Source of the DNA: Raillietiella orientalis
Lineage: Eukaryota
Direction: 5' to 3'
NCBI GenBank assembly: GCA_036172245.1
Contig: JAYWIR010000043.1
Coordinates: 248,001 to 312,000, forward strand
Length of the DNA: 64,000 nucleotides
The first letter of the stretch is position 1. Every line of letters starts with the position of its first letter. Positions 1-13,099 of the stretch are shown piece after piece. Position numbers and translations under genes: made by a program. Under the pieces are notes generated by a model. The model was not told the DNA's origin. It was given only the letters and a program-made list of their open reading frames with translations, and made no database searches.

Positions 1-560
1 ATCATTTTTGCGCTGCTGAGGCAGTTCTTTTCATCCTGTAATCAAAGGATGCACCCAGAACCTGAAATTGCTCGTAATAGGGTTACGATGCTCACTTGGA
101 TGCATACAACACGTTTCCCTGATGCTTACTTTAGGAATAGGCTACACGGGAGTTCATTAGAGCAGGCATCGAGGAGAGATGCCTCAGCACAAACTCCATG
201 TCCAGAGCGCTCCCCGGAAGCATTGCAAACATCCACGAACATTAACGTCACGCCTGCTGTGTTTTCCATTTCTGCTCGATTTCGAATTCCGGCTTCGAAG
301 TGAGTCGCCCCTCTCTTCCGAGATGGAACTCAGCTCCTGCAGCCAGCTTCCTCGCAAGAGGATACGGAGCTCATGATGGATGAGCAAAAAGGGTTCGTGC
401 TTTCAGAGCACCGAGAACCCGAATCAAGGACTGGACGATTCTAGTAAGCAGCCATTTTTGTGCTTCGGAGAACCCATCGCAACATCTTCGCAGTTTGGTG
501 ACGGCACTTCAGGAAAAAAGAGAAGTCCTAGAGGATCTTTGAAAGATGCATGCAACTACC
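1..560 (-). pseudogene. Decayed PPR fragment (PLS-like), runs off window edge
   Basis: Minus-strand translation at ~44-95 reads VSIVTLLRAISGSGCIL, similar to PPR 'VT+V.LL.ACS..G.L'. Stops and frameshifts throughout. Confidence 0.4.
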
Positions 561-859
561 AAGTCACCAATTGAAAACAGAGAAGACAACAACATCCAAA
601 CACGCACGCTGCCAGTGTCACCTTATAAATAAATCTTAAAAACCCAATGGACATCCCTAAACAAATAATTCGAGGAAACTGATTAAACTGGAATAAATTG
701 GGACAGAATGGACACTTACAATTTCTAAGCCTTCACCGCTGCCGATGTCTTAATTGAAAAAAGTGATGTGTGTGGAGTATGGATGATTCGAACAAGATGA
801 TGAAGTGATAGAAGGGTTCACTCTAGGAAGGTTCCTCGGTCTTCGCCGTCAACTGAAGA

Positions 860-1310
860 TGGCTTCATCACGCTTATTTTCCATGCGCAAGTCGTGAGAC
901 TGGTAACCCTGTGTTCAATCTGAAGCTCAGGATTGGAGACATTGTGTTCCAGCTTCCCCGTGTGCCTGTGCCTTTCTGCGTCCTGTCTAAGGTTCTGTCA
1001 AGTCCTATCCACTTGAACGCCAGGAATGTGGCTGAAGAAAGGAGTGCAGTCCCACAGTCCATTCGCCACTCGGACTTTGGTGCATGCCGAGGGCCACGCG
1101 TGCGTTTCGCTTTTACGCACTCTCGCACGGTTCCTCGCAAAGTTTCCCTGTTCTTCCCTTGCTTGGATTCTGGGAACTGCTTCCATTACAATGTGCTTTT
1201 TTCCCCTTCCATTCCCGGCTACCACACGTTTTTGCTCCGTTAGTACAAGTTGCTTTTCGCGAGAAAGCTGAGCAAACTTTCGGAAAGTTCAGCCTTCCCC
1301 TCACACGATC
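860..1310 (-). pseudogene. Decayed PLS-class PPR fragment
   Basis: ORF 874..1140 contains CGTALLSS (cf. GTAL+DMY) and GSWNTMS (cf. VSWNTMI). Confidence 0.5.
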
Positions 1311-1449
1311 GGAAATTTCAAGTTCATCTCTGGTCTGATGGGGGAGATGCCTAGTTTGTCCGGTCTTTTTTTTCTTTGTCTGCTATCGGAAATTCATAGT
1401 GCTGGATGCCACGCAGGGAATCTTCCAGATAAGCTGAGCATCCGTGAGT

Positions 1450-2290
1450 CCGATATTCGCATTTCTCTGGAATTCATGGTAACATCGAGTATTGAGAGGT
1501 TGAACCTTCCAAGGTTAAGCATTTGAGGAACGATACTTGGCGAGATGAACTCATTGTGATGTGAAGAAGTGCACTTTTTGCTTTCAGAATAACTGCTACA
1601 GGAATGGCTGCCTGACCATCCTCATCAGGCGTTGCAGCGGAAGGGCATTTTTGTTGAAAGCACGTACGTGGAAGCAAGGGGTCCCTGGAAGATGCTTTAC
1701 GCGTTCATCAGGAAGCTCTTCTGGAAAGAGAAAAGGCATTCTGGAAGACTTGCAGACGACTGCAGATATTCTTTGGTCATACTGCTGATGTAAGAGAGGT
1801 TCCCGCCGCATCCACCGGACGTCGACGAATGAAATCGTTCTTTTCCTGGAATTACGAAATCTTTTCCAAAGTTTTAGGCAGCAGTTTTCTTTTCTGAGTG
1901 GTTTCGATTCGTTGTTAGTCGGAGAAACTCCCTTCCTTTTCCTCCTGCTGAACACATGGCGCGCTGATATTAGCGGAACCTCAGCAGTGGGCTAATTGCT
2001 ATAGAAGCATGCGCTGCCGAAAGTGTACTTTTTGAAATGTGCAGTTCCTAACTCTAAACAAAATCGGCTGCTCTTGTTGTGTTTCGTGAAACTCCTCTGC
2101 TGCTTCTGGCTGCCTATGCCGCGAGCTTTCCTGAAGCCTTTACCATCCAGCGCTTGCATCGAGCGTTTGAAGCTCCTCAATCTGAAGCATGCCATAGATA
2201 GTTTTCCAATTTGAACTTTCCCTTTATCCCGGAGAATCGTGTCTGAGAAGGAATTTCCCTTTGCTATGATTGCTTTCATTCACCGAACGG
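1450..2290 (-). pseudogene. Decayed PLS-class PPR fragment
   Basis: ORFs 1992..2279 and 1596..1955 are in frame across one TAG: KKYTFGSACF...SARHVFSRRKRKGV (cf. YTF.S...AC and AR.VF..M..K.VV). Another frame gives WKTIYGMLQ. Confidence 0.65.
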
Positions 2291-2449
2291 AGTTTTCTTA
2301 ATTGACTGGTGAGTTTGCTTCTGACACTGATGAATCGAAAAGTGCGCAGGACGAAACAAAAATAAAAAGAAGCACATTCCAGAAAAAATAGACCTCGTCA
2401 ATTCAATAAAGGATCCCACATGCATTTGAGGATCGTCCGTTTGTTTCTC

Positions 2450-3300
2450 CCGATGAACGGTCCTGCAGCTGACGTGCGCGTTTACAGATTCTCTGGTGGT
2501 CCTTTCGATCTACGGTTTTGTCGAAACTTAGGAACGTCGCCAATCTTCTGATGGTAAGAACGCATTCAGAGCTCCCTCAGAGTAGAAACCAGTTTCAATT
2601 TGAATCTGAATTCGAATTACGTATGGCAGTTTTCCGGAAGCAACTCAGCAGCTCCACTCCACGGGATCGGCAGGGCTCGAACAGAAAAGTAGGGAGAAAC
2701 TCGTTGATGAGAGGTTTGATCTCAACGCGGCATGCCGTGATCAGCTGTTCATATGCTCGCCTTTCGTAACAGTTTTCCGAAAACGATAGCATCTAGCTTG
2801 GGGGTGGCCTGGATGGGAGAAAGCATGATACAGCATCACGGTGGATGCAAAGAGGACTCTCTTCAATATGGAAAGCGTTTAAGTGGTTCCGAGGAACCTT
2901 CGAAAGAGCTCGTGTGCAAATGGAGCTTTTCGAAAGACCTTTACGGATGATAATGCAAAAGCTTCTTAAAAGTGGACCTATTCCATGCATCATAACAACC
3001 GAAGTCGTATCTCAACGATGTGTTTCTTTCTAAAAGTAAAGATTCCGGACTCATTCAGTGAAATGAGAACACTCAGTGTTCCGTGGATGTCATTCATAAA
3101 TTTGTACTCCTTGCGGACGCACTTATGTCAGTTCAGCCTCTTTTCCAAAATAAACGTCGAGATTCGAGATTCGCTCAGAGACGCGTCCTTGCAGTTACTT
3201 CACATCGCCACACGCGTGATGACAAAATCATGGTACGGACGTCGGAGGCAGCTTACTTAAGCATCATTGGTTGTCCACTAGCATCAATCACTCTAAAATG
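2450..3300 (+). pseudogene. Decayed PPR fragment
   Basis: NSLMRG (ORF 2518), KLLKSGPIPCIIT (ORF 2845) and FSEMRTLSVPWMSFINLYS...FSLFSKI (ORF 2985), spread over frameshifted ORFs. Confidence 0.55.
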
Positions 3301-3599
3301 ATGTAAATCTTGGAAACATTTGACGCGTTTCATACACTCTGTGGGTGGTTGGCGCTTTGATGCCTCCATTTCTCGCGAAATGCCTTCGTCACTCGAAGCT
3401 ACAGCTATGGCGACACCCTCTTTCAGCTCCCTTTACGAAGTAGCCGCAGATGATGTCCGTTTCTCGGAACATGAGGACTGTTGCACATAAAGCAGCGAAC
3501 GTTCTGCTGCCTATCTCTTCCTGCTACTTGTTATTAAAAAGTACAAAATGAATCTCAGAGATCCGTGTGCAGATGCAAATGAAAATAGATGAGATGTAA

Positions 3600-4450
3600 T
3601 CGATTCTATGAAGAGATGAGTAATTTACAAAAGGTCACCGGTAGGGTTGTGCACTTGTCATTCGTCTGCTAAGAGAGCAGAGGCAACTGCTGGAGCAAGA
3701 TGGTACAGAAGTCTGCAGACTTCAATACGTGGTAATTCTGTACTTTATGCCTTGTTTTTAGAAGATCACAAAAGAAGCTTCGAAGATTTCATCAAATGAT
3801 AAGCATATTTTCAGGCTCAACCATCCGAAACCTTTTGAAAACACTTAAAATTACTGGTTCATGCTATCCAAGTTCCCCATCAAGATAGTACTTCTAGTAA
3901 TGAAAATATTTCGGTTTCAGAGGCCATTGGTGACTAAGTTACTACCTCGTTACCGAAGAATCCTTTCGGAATCTTTTCCGATTTATGGAAAGAGGTGGTA
4001 ATCCCCCCCAAAAACCTCATTATTAGGTGAAGTTGAATAATTCCAGCTTGCCGAAGCTTACTGAGATAATCATTGGCACATTCCCAGTCAAGATTACATC
4101 GGATGATCTCCTGTCTCAGTGCTACTACATCGGATGTCTTCAGCAGCATGCTGAATTTTCGCACGCTCATGATATCAGGAACCCTTCATTCTAAAGGAAT
4201 GCAAGGAGTGTTGTTCCGCGGTCCCAGGAAGCTCACAAATCCTTCACTGAGACTTCACAGCAACGGAGGCTCTTTTGGAATCGCAAAGACTCACCGAGAA
4301 GTTCTCCCTTTCGGATTCGCTCTTTTCTTGATGAGGGCATGCAATCTGTTGACAGGAACCACTAAGCAGAAGAGAGCATTCAAATTTTGACCACGTAGTT
4401 GATGGGAAAATAGTTTTCGGCAAGATGAGCTACACTTATTCTACACGAAT
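3600..4450 (-). pseudogene. Decayed P-class PPR fragment
   Basis: SDVVALRQEII..WECANDYLSKLRQAGI and KGFFGNEVVT (ORF 3934..4170). KKQGIKYRITTY*SL at ~3715-3760 (cf. MKKQGIKPD..TY.SLI). Confidence 0.6.
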
Positions 4451-5149
4451 GCTTGCGCTTTGCAAGAAATCGGATCCGATCGGATTAGTACGTAGGAAAT
4501 TTGGAAGACGGGATGAGACTAGCAAGAAGTGGGCATAGGACAACAAACACTTGTCATCAGCAATGCATTAATGAATGGTTTGGGTGACGGCAATCCCATT
4601 TTCGCAGCACCGGTTCTGAGGGAGTAAACTCCATCAAAACATCTCCAGGAAGGTTTTTGAAATAACCTTAGCTTACTGAGCGACCCTAACCTGCCTGATT
4701 CTGATGCATGCTAAACTTGACTAAAAAGCAAAAAATAAAAGATGATAAATACATCCTTCGTGCGGCTTTAAGATGCAGGTAGGCTGCAAAACAACAGACA
4801 AATTTCCCACCGAGAAAATTACTCTTGCTGTTATTGCAGCAAGAGCAATAAAATCACAAAAGCAGCATTTTCCGATTCATCGTAATGTGTTTATAGTCGT
4901 TTTGATTGCTCAAGAGAGCCTTTGCTTGCAGTGAGGATGCAATTTCTAAGCCCCAATCAGGAAAATTCACAACGAGCAGACCTGCAACCCAGTCTAGCAT
5001 CGAAAAGAAGGCAGTTGAGGAGCCTTGGAAGATAAAGAGGGAGTTGAGCACCGATCCCGAATCCTTCACTAGGCTTGCAGCTCGAAGACAGTCCTCTTTC
5101 TGGGGAAGGAATCAAAAGATTTCGAGTATTTTAAAGATGGTAGAGAGGA

Positions 5150-5870
5150 GACGGAAGTCCCTAAGCATAATTGTCACACCTTTGCACTCTGGGTGACACG
5201 CATCGATCAAGTTTTCCAGGAAGAAGTTGGAAACGGACCCATGCGTCCAACAGATTGCATGCAAGAGAAGGGAAGAGCAGAAGTGCTTGCAATGACCATT
5301 GTCCTACTGCTGATTAGCGCCAAATTCCTGTATGTCAAACACATCTATCGATGTTTGACACGATCAAGTCTTCATTCATTGCACAGTCGTAATCCCCAAC
5401 TTTTTACGCACCGTATGTGTAAAATCCACCATGCCAAAAGAATGCTTCTTGAGCTTCTTCATTACACCAGTATTTAAGACACGCAGTTTCCGAGTGAAAA
5501 GCTCTTTTGCGAGCACTCCTCTTTCACTGAGCACATGGAAGAGAGGTAAGAATTTGCGATCGACCAGGATAGCTTTCCTCTACAAGAAAACTGACTTGCT
5601 GAACTTCCTGAACCTTTGTGAAATACAGGCATGTGTTCCCAAACACATATGAGTCCGCAATGAGAACACGAAAACGAATCTGTTGAATGGAATTCTTTGG
5701 ACTGCGGGAGGCAAAAACCTTTCTGCAGCCCTCATTTGGGCTTCTCGAAAGTGATACTGAATGTTCCTCAAGGTAACCCTGGAGGAATTCTAAATGCAAC
5801 CAAAGGAAATCCGAGCCACACATCGATGCCGTCTGAATTGGAGTCCTCCAACGTGCAGTGTTTTCGTCAG
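5150..5870 (+). pseudogene. Decayed P-class PPR fragment
   Basis: MQEKGRAEVLAMTIVL and MCKIHHAKRMLLEL (ORF 5193). QACVPKHI (ORF 5431; cf. QGC.PD.I). Confidence 0.4.
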
Positions 5871-5899
5871 GATTTTTTTTTTTTTGTCTCATTGCACCT

Positions 5900-6950
5900 C
5901 AGTCATGTCTGCTTGGACAAAGAAAGCAATTTGTTCTGAGCTCAAGGTCATGTTTTCTGTGTGCAAATTTACTTCCTGCTTTCCATGGAAGTTGCCAAGA
6001 GTACCGGGAAATGACACTACCTTACTACGAGATCACCATTCCCTCTCATGGAGAAAGAGTGAATGCTGAGGTAAATGGATTCAGAATTAATTTGCTCATC
6101 GAATTCTGAATTAATTTTCTCTCCTTAGGTCTCGTTAAAACTGCTCTTGCACTAAGGAAGGGAAAACAGGTCTTGAGTGAAGATCATGCCGGTGGTGATA
6201 AGATGGTTGTGTCATGAAGTGTAAAATGAGGAAAATTTCCTTCCCTCAAGCCTTACTTGCTGATCCGATCTTTGAAGAGATCATTACTCTGGAAACTGAT
6301 TGAGTACTTCTGATAAGTATGCACTTTTGATTTACCCGCGGAAGATTAGTAAGATTAGTGCAGACAAGAAAATGGTTCCAGGAATTATGGATTCGTTTTA
6401 AATACCCCATTTATTCAAACACGATTTTGAAAATGTCACATTTCGTCATCAATTCCAATGAACTCCTCTCTTTTCAAGAAACTGAGCCTCAGAGACATAG
6501 GTTTTTACTTGCATTACTGAAGTATGTATCCAATTTGGTGAAAAACTTTTCTCAAGATACAACAGATTAGTACATCTCCAAAGATCCATTCGGTTGCCTT
6601 TGGTACGTGGGATCGACAAATGAATACTACTGAAACTTTGAATGCAGCAGTACAGACATGCCGTAGGTGAGCTGGTTATGAAACCCAGCGGGGTCCAGGG
6701 CAATTCACATGAGGGTCGAAGTTCGGAGATGAAGCAAGTGAACAGTGCATCTTCCGGGATGATCTTCTAAAGGTTTACCCGAACGGACGTCAATTTTATG
6801 GGCATCCCTGGGATGTGAAAGTTACTGGACGATTTGCATGGTCCCCAATCATGACGCTCTCACCTTCCCATTCCAAGGCTGCCAGAAAACAAAATCCATC
6901 TTGCTCTACATTCGGAAACCTCTCGCAACCTCTCTGATTTCATTTTAAGA
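5900..6950 (+). pseudogene. Decayed PLS-class PPR fragment
   Basis: ALALRKGKQV at ~6140-6172 (cf. AL..GKQ+H). ELLSFQETEPQRHRFLLALLKYVSNL (ORF 6358). SKFGDEASEQCIF at ~6715-6755. Confidence 0.55.
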
Positions 6951-7299
6951 ATCTTTTCACTCTTCATTTCGGACTTGCGACTTTCAAACCATTTTCGCGA
7001 AACCACATGGGATTTTGAAGGAAATTTGGTTCCTTCTCTATTTCATTCCGTCCATCATTCGAATTTTATAGAAAAATTACTGAGATTTAGAGTGAATATG
7101 TAGGCAGTAGCAACAAAACTCCATCGTCAATACTTTTTCAACGCAGCAGAGAGGCAAGCAATAGAGTGATGGGAAGGAAAAAAAAGTGCAGAGAGCCGCA
7201 GCTGAAGCCTCTGGTTCTCCGATCTGGATGCGAACGGCCACAGTCATATCACGAATGTTTCCAGAGTGTCGCGGGAAGTCTCTCTGTGTTTTCTGGGAT

Positions 7300-8250
7300 G
7301 GTTTTCTGGGCGCAAGAGAGGAACCTTTCGGGGGAGCAACGAAGTCAAGAGCGACCCACTGGAGGGAGCCATTCCTGGAATCCCACCGCAGCAAAGCGCT
7401 CTTTCAGCTTGATTGAAAGAACCAGAATATCGAGATATAATTGGGAGCGAAAGACTTGTGAGACTCCTGAAAGAAGCGATAAAATTATCACGAGGAGAGG
7501 GAACATCAATGGAAGATGCTTCTGGATTAAATTCTCCGTGGATTCCACGAATGAGGTCTCAGAGATGGTTCGGCAGCAGCATCTCGAGATTTAACAAGGA
7601 AACCAAAGTATTTGTGCGTCCACAAGAGCGCGAGCGACTGTTTCAAATGGAGGTTCCAATGAACAATAATTCCTTTGTCTGCATGATTGGTGAGCCTTTC
7701 TTGAGGGAACACGAGAAATGGAAATCCTCCGACGTCCATTTGCTTATCAGACCAATCGCTTCCACGAACAGGTGCCAAAGTAGGCTTCGGAAGAAATTTG
7801 TCTAAAAGCCTTCTTGGAAGTGCTTTCGGATTTGCATTTGTATTTCGGCAAACTCGGCTTATTATGCCAAGAGAGCAGCATTCGTATTACGAAGAGTGAT
7901 CTCTGATCAGGTTCTTTTTCCCCGTGCTGTAGGATGTGCTCTCCTGCACTGGAATGTACATTAGTTGATGAGTGTGCCTGCTGGAGAGTTCTCATAGTCT
8001 TTTTAGATAGCGAGATTTCAAGCGGCAAGAACTGTGTCTTCGAAATATTTGAGGAACTCTCTGATCCTTCTGGAGTTTCACTTTATCGACAAGGTGCCTC
8101 TTGCAAAATGGACCGCGCAGATGGAAGTATTGTTTTCCGAATGGGGAACGCGTTTTTTTGGTCCTCACTCGGTTCTATAATTCTCCATAGGTTTCTAAAC
8201 GCCGAAACCAAGAGACCAAAGTCAGACCACTGCTTCTTGTCCATGGTCGC
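7300..8250 (+). pseudogene. Decayed PLS-class PPR fragment
   Basis: LLKEAIKLSR and ERLFQMEVPMNNNSFVCMIG (ORF 7413). ECTLVDECAC and FEIFEELSDPSGVS (ORF 7934). Confidence 0.55.
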
Positions 8251-8599
8251 CCACTAAAATAATTGATTCCATCGATTCCATTCTTTTTACCATCTCACTG
8301 AATGTCTGCTTTTTGGGTCCATAATGAAGTGTACATTCAAGAAAGAAGAAATGTGCAGGACCAAACGGCTGACGACATAGGACACTAATTTGTCTCACAC
8401 GCATTTCAGTTTTCTATCCAATGGAGAAGAAATAAGAAAGACCAATGTGCACGAAGTTGCGGTTGAGACTTGTAGCTTGTCACAACAACAGAATGCAGTG
8501 TAAACAAGCTTACGTAAAATTGCTTACAAAAAAAAAAAAAACGCATGCGCTCGATGGTCAGGGAAAATTGAAAATGGGGACAAAAGCAAACGAAACGCA

Positions 8600-9920
8600 C
8601 GCAAGCCCGAAATTGCCAAGGAGAAAAATGAACTGGTTAGGTGTCTGCGTGCTTTCCGCTGGCTGTCGGTTGGAATGAAAGTCTTTTCTTCCAGAAGCTA
8701 TGCCAGAATCACCGTCCCTGATGAAAGTGAGAAAGATCCTTCCAGTGAGAAGAAATCAAAGCATCCGTCACACGAGTTCCTTCTTCTCTGGGCACTGTGC
8801 GAGTGCGGCAGGAGAGCGGGTGTATTACGCTGGCATAAAAGCGTACCCGCAAAAGAATAGCGTCACCGATGACGTCATCGGGATCGATGGCAGCTCATTC
8901 CTGAAATGCGGAATGAATTTCGGAGGAACAAAGTCCGATGCGAAAACTTCAGGCAAATACAGAGGGAAGAAGAGACAATGTCTACACTGTGTTTTGTGGA
9001 GATTATGTATGCCATGAGGGGAATGCAGTAAAGCAAACGCTAAACGCAGAACAGAACAACGAGAATGTTTCGATGCGTTCGAGGGAATTCAACCTGAAAG
9101 AAAAAGATCGCACACATATCCTTTCCCCGTGAGTGCTTAATCGGTGGTAACACTGAGACGAAGTTCCTAGATAAGCAATGAGACATTCGGGAAAACTAAG
9201 ATTTTCTAAGTTGAGGAGCTCCAGTCGCGATTCAGTAACTGGTTTTGCTCTTGACGACGGTGCTGTTGAGACTTCTGATGGGCCTATCCGAAATCCTTCA
9301 TTCCTCACGGTGGTTTTTCGAGGGAAAATTGATTCCTTACATCCCTTCAGATCAAATCACAAAGAGTGTTTTTTTAACAGGGACAGCAGCATTCAAACTA
9401 CCAAGCTGAATTATTTGCGGCTTCCAGTTGACTTTTGGAGCCTTCTACGCGTTTCGTTTCGCAATGGAACCTGGAAGATTCCAGGAGGCAGAGAAAATGA
9501 CTTCAGTTCGGCTCACTGTTGATATCAAGCAGTCCGGAAGTCACGAACTCCCAACCCTTTCCCTTGAATTCGGTACAGAAGCAACTGGTTCTCCACATAG
9601 GAAGAGATTCAGCAAGAATTAAGCCCTCGGTCTGGTGGGCCCCCCAAGTCTTGCACCCAAGAGATGACAACGGAGAAAGGGGAGAGCACAGCTTGCGCTT
9701 CTCATGAGACACTCGAGGTGAGCGGGGACCGACCACTCCTCCCTATGAATCCTCCACAGGGAGGAATTTGAGCCTCTCCAGCAGAAACACTCGGCCTTAC
9801 ACCTAAGGATAAAGTCGGATGATAATTTCCGTGAGAAGTCTCACGATTCCAACTCAGTAGCGCAGCTTCGGCACACCCGAAAATGGCGACTTTCCTTCCT
9901 GGAGAGAGCCTGGTTTCTAA
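8600..9920 (+). pseudogene. Decayed PLS-class PPR with possible E/DYW-like C-terminus
   Basis: CASAAGERVYYAGIKAY...FLKCG (ORF 8700), RRDNVYTVFCGDYVCHEG (ORF 8938), DFWSLLRVSFRNG (ORF 9178) and GRFQEAEKM (ORF 9428). Confidence 0.6.
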
Positions 9921-11849
9921 GGAACGGGCCGTATCCCGAACCAGGGATCAGGGCTGCAAAAGAACCACGAAAATTGCAATCGAAGCTCCTACAAGATATT
10001 TAAAGCACAGCTCTTCATCCATCAGGAAACTAATTATTTTTCCTGAAGGCACGCGTAAACAAATCTCCCTCGCAAATCGTTATTAATATCTGTAGGCGGC
10101 ATTTCGGAGCAAACGAAAAGAGCTCGGAGGAGAAGAGGGAGAAAACTCGTGGCAAGAACATCTGCAAAGGGAAAGAGAAACAAATTATGGCCTGCGCGTA
10201 GAAACTTCCCCAGCGGTGCAACTTTATAGACTTTCGTGTATTTTAGGAACCATTTTTTTCTGAACTCCTTGAACTCGCACTAGTGGGAGCAGACCGGTGC
10301 TGCTGAATGCGCGCGAGAAGGTCGTAACCAAGTCACCGCGTGCTTCCTGCTTCCTGGAGATCTAAATAACACCCTGAGAGACAGACTTCGTCTCCCTGCG
10401 TTTCACAGCAGCGTGAGGCTGTGCTCCCTTTCGCAGCCTACGGATGCCACTCCTCTACCTAACGCATCCAGGATTTCATCCTTCTGAAGCATGCAAAAAC
10501 GAGAGATGTCGAACTGCTTCATTGGGCGATTGGAATGAATTATCATGAATTTCGCCAGAATAAATGTGAGTACAATAGAAAAGATTGATGTAACAGCAGT
10601 TGTCTTTAGTAACAACAGTTAATAAAAACGAGAAAAACGTCGGCCTTCGCAGACTGCAGATCACGAGTATCGATGGACGGATGGAGCTTTGGGTGCGTGC
10701 TTCCAGTGAAACTGGCCAAACGTCTAATTGCCAACGCAAAAGGCAACTCTCAAAAGCTTTCCCTTTTGGGGAATCGAAGAAGGTTCTTAAAATTGTAGCT
10801 TTTCTGCTGTCACGGTTCAGGGTCCATCAGGAACGTCATGCGATGATTCTAATTTGGCCTTGTCTTAGAAACAGATGAAACGATTCATTGTGAGACAACG
10901 GCTCTCTCGTCCCCATTCTGAACGAGGGAGACGTTGACAAGCACAACTGAGCCACCCAATGAGCACACAGATTGGATGCGGGTTTTTGACTTGAGTTATC
11001 TCCTTCTTGGGACTAGAGGCGTGCTCATTTGATTTTTTTCCTGCCCGTTTCGTAATTCTACATGTCAGTACCCTGCCCTTGATTCTTTGAGCTCTTTCTC
11101 AATGACTCGATGTGGTAAAGGCGTGCCTCGATCCTTACAAAAAGTCGACTGTTAAATCTTAAGGGTTCTTGAACATTTGGTGCTGAAATTTGCCTCAACT
11201 CTCTCTTTTTTTTCCTTTTCGCATTTGTCTCTTTGTTCTCCATCACAACGCATGTGCTGAGACCCAAACTTCTTGTGGCTTCCAGTTGCTACTTTTTCAG
11301 CACTCTTTTCAAAACTCTCTCCTCTGCCTTTAAGAGCAAGACGAATGAAGAACGAGCTCTTTCCAGGCTAGAAGTGACACGACTACAGATTTCAGAAAGC
11401 ATCTCCTTGCCAATATTGGAGCCATGATTTTGGAAGCAATTATTTCGGTGCTTTGAGGTAAGACTGCATCATCTGTAATCACGTCATAAGCTGCGCTGGA
11501 AACGATGAGCTAACAGAGGGTACGTCATCGCTTCCTCCAGTCAAAAATCTCCTTTTTACCTTTTCGCGACCAGCCTACCCTCATTTGTCATTTATTTCCT
11601 TTTCATCTTAGCAATTATCATCATCATTGTCTTTTTGCGGCTACTTTGAATCGAAAACATCCAAAAAGTCCATTAAGATCCGAGAAGATCCAATAAATTT
11701 GGCATCAGAAAAGAGTTGGCAACAAGCAGACTCAGTTTCCTACTTGCTTCACTCGCAGTTGCACCAATGTAAAAAACATTAATAATGTGTCAAAAAAGAA
11801 AAATCCGGTCTCTTCATGCACCTCATGGAACTCTTTTCGTGCTTCACCA

Positions 11850-12750
11850 TTCATAAGATAGCTATTCATTGCGTTGCTGCAGCCTCCGACCTACAGCTTT
11901 ATTGGTCGTGACGAAATGTTGAATGTCTGAAGGCTTTGCAGCCGATCACTCAGCAGAAGCAAAGCACTTTTATCCGTTCAAGCTGTCAGAAGAAGAAAAT
12001 CCGAGATTCCTCATTTCTGGAAGGTTTTATTTGACACTAAAGATGAAGGATTGCAATTGGAAGTGCTACATGGTCGATAGCACGAGTGTCTGTTCTAATG
12101 GAATCCCTTAGATGGCAACCAAATAGGAAACACTTCAAAGGGTGCTGCATAAGAAGATATTTGATGCTTCACGACGTCTGGAGGATCCCCAGTACACTTG
12201 TCTTCCTATTCTCTCGAGTTCTCTGCTAATAATTTTTTTCAGGATTTCAGTTCGAAACACCTTTTGTGAGGAGAATCAGTTTTGAGCAAAGTGGAAGCGA
12301 ATTTGCGAATACTCTGATAGTTTGAGGAATTTTTCGTTTGTTCCTCTTTCTCCCCACGAAGAGGATGCATGCGGTGATGTTGCTGCAGCCGAGCTCGTGA
12401 TTCGAGAGCGAAATTCTCTGCTGGCATGGATGGCGAAGATCTGCTCCGATTACACCAAATCAGCTGATGACCCGGAGATTAAAATTCTGTCACGAAACGC
12501 TCATCTTCCTGAAGTGAAATGAAGAAGGGTGAGGTGCGGAACGTTCTCAACGCCCGCAATCACCAGCAGTGGTGCTCGCCATCAGCAGTGTTCTTCCGGC
12601 GGTGTTATTTCAATGGAAAATGATGCCCAATCAAGCGAGAGAATCTCCCACCGAATTTTTTCACGCGAAACCTTCATTTCTCCCGACAGCAAGGAAAACA
12701 GACAGCTGCTTTGAAATGGGCAAAGCAAGAACCGTTCAACACTGACTACC
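11850..12750 (+). pseudogene. Decayed PLS-class PPR fragment
   Basis: ACGDVAAAELVIRERNSLLAWMAKICSDYTKS (ORF 12322; cf. KCGD+..A..VFD.M.ERN+V.W.AMI.GY). Followed by EMKKGEV (~12516) and ISSVLPA (~12583) in shifted frames. Confidence 0.7.
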
Positions 12751-13099
12751 TCATATCAGTAAGCAGGTATGAAAAGTTTTTCTGATGATGGATGGATTCC
12801 AAGGTAGCCATCTTCGTCTCATGTGGGCACATCCTCGTGTGTTTCCACAGTACAGCGGGTGTCCATTGAAAAGAAGCAACCCTCAAGGCATAAAAGCTAG
12901 GAAAAGAAGAAAAAACAATACGCGCATTTCTTTTTGGTCGTGATATTTAGGAACTTTTAGAACGAATTGATAATTTCATTGGAGGTGAGGATACACAATA
13001 AACATCGTCTACCTAGGAGAGATTTCAAGATTAGATGCCTGACTGCATCGTACCACACCGAAATTTTCAAGTCGTCTTGCCTTCTAGTCGGTTCCTAAT

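Noticed and set aside
10000..11500. Further weak PPR-like words (ISRFCML, SFVLLLKA); similar weak hints at 14400-14700, 18500-19050 and 51000-51700
   Set aside because: Too few diagnostic residues to call by eye, so left unassigned pending an HMM search.
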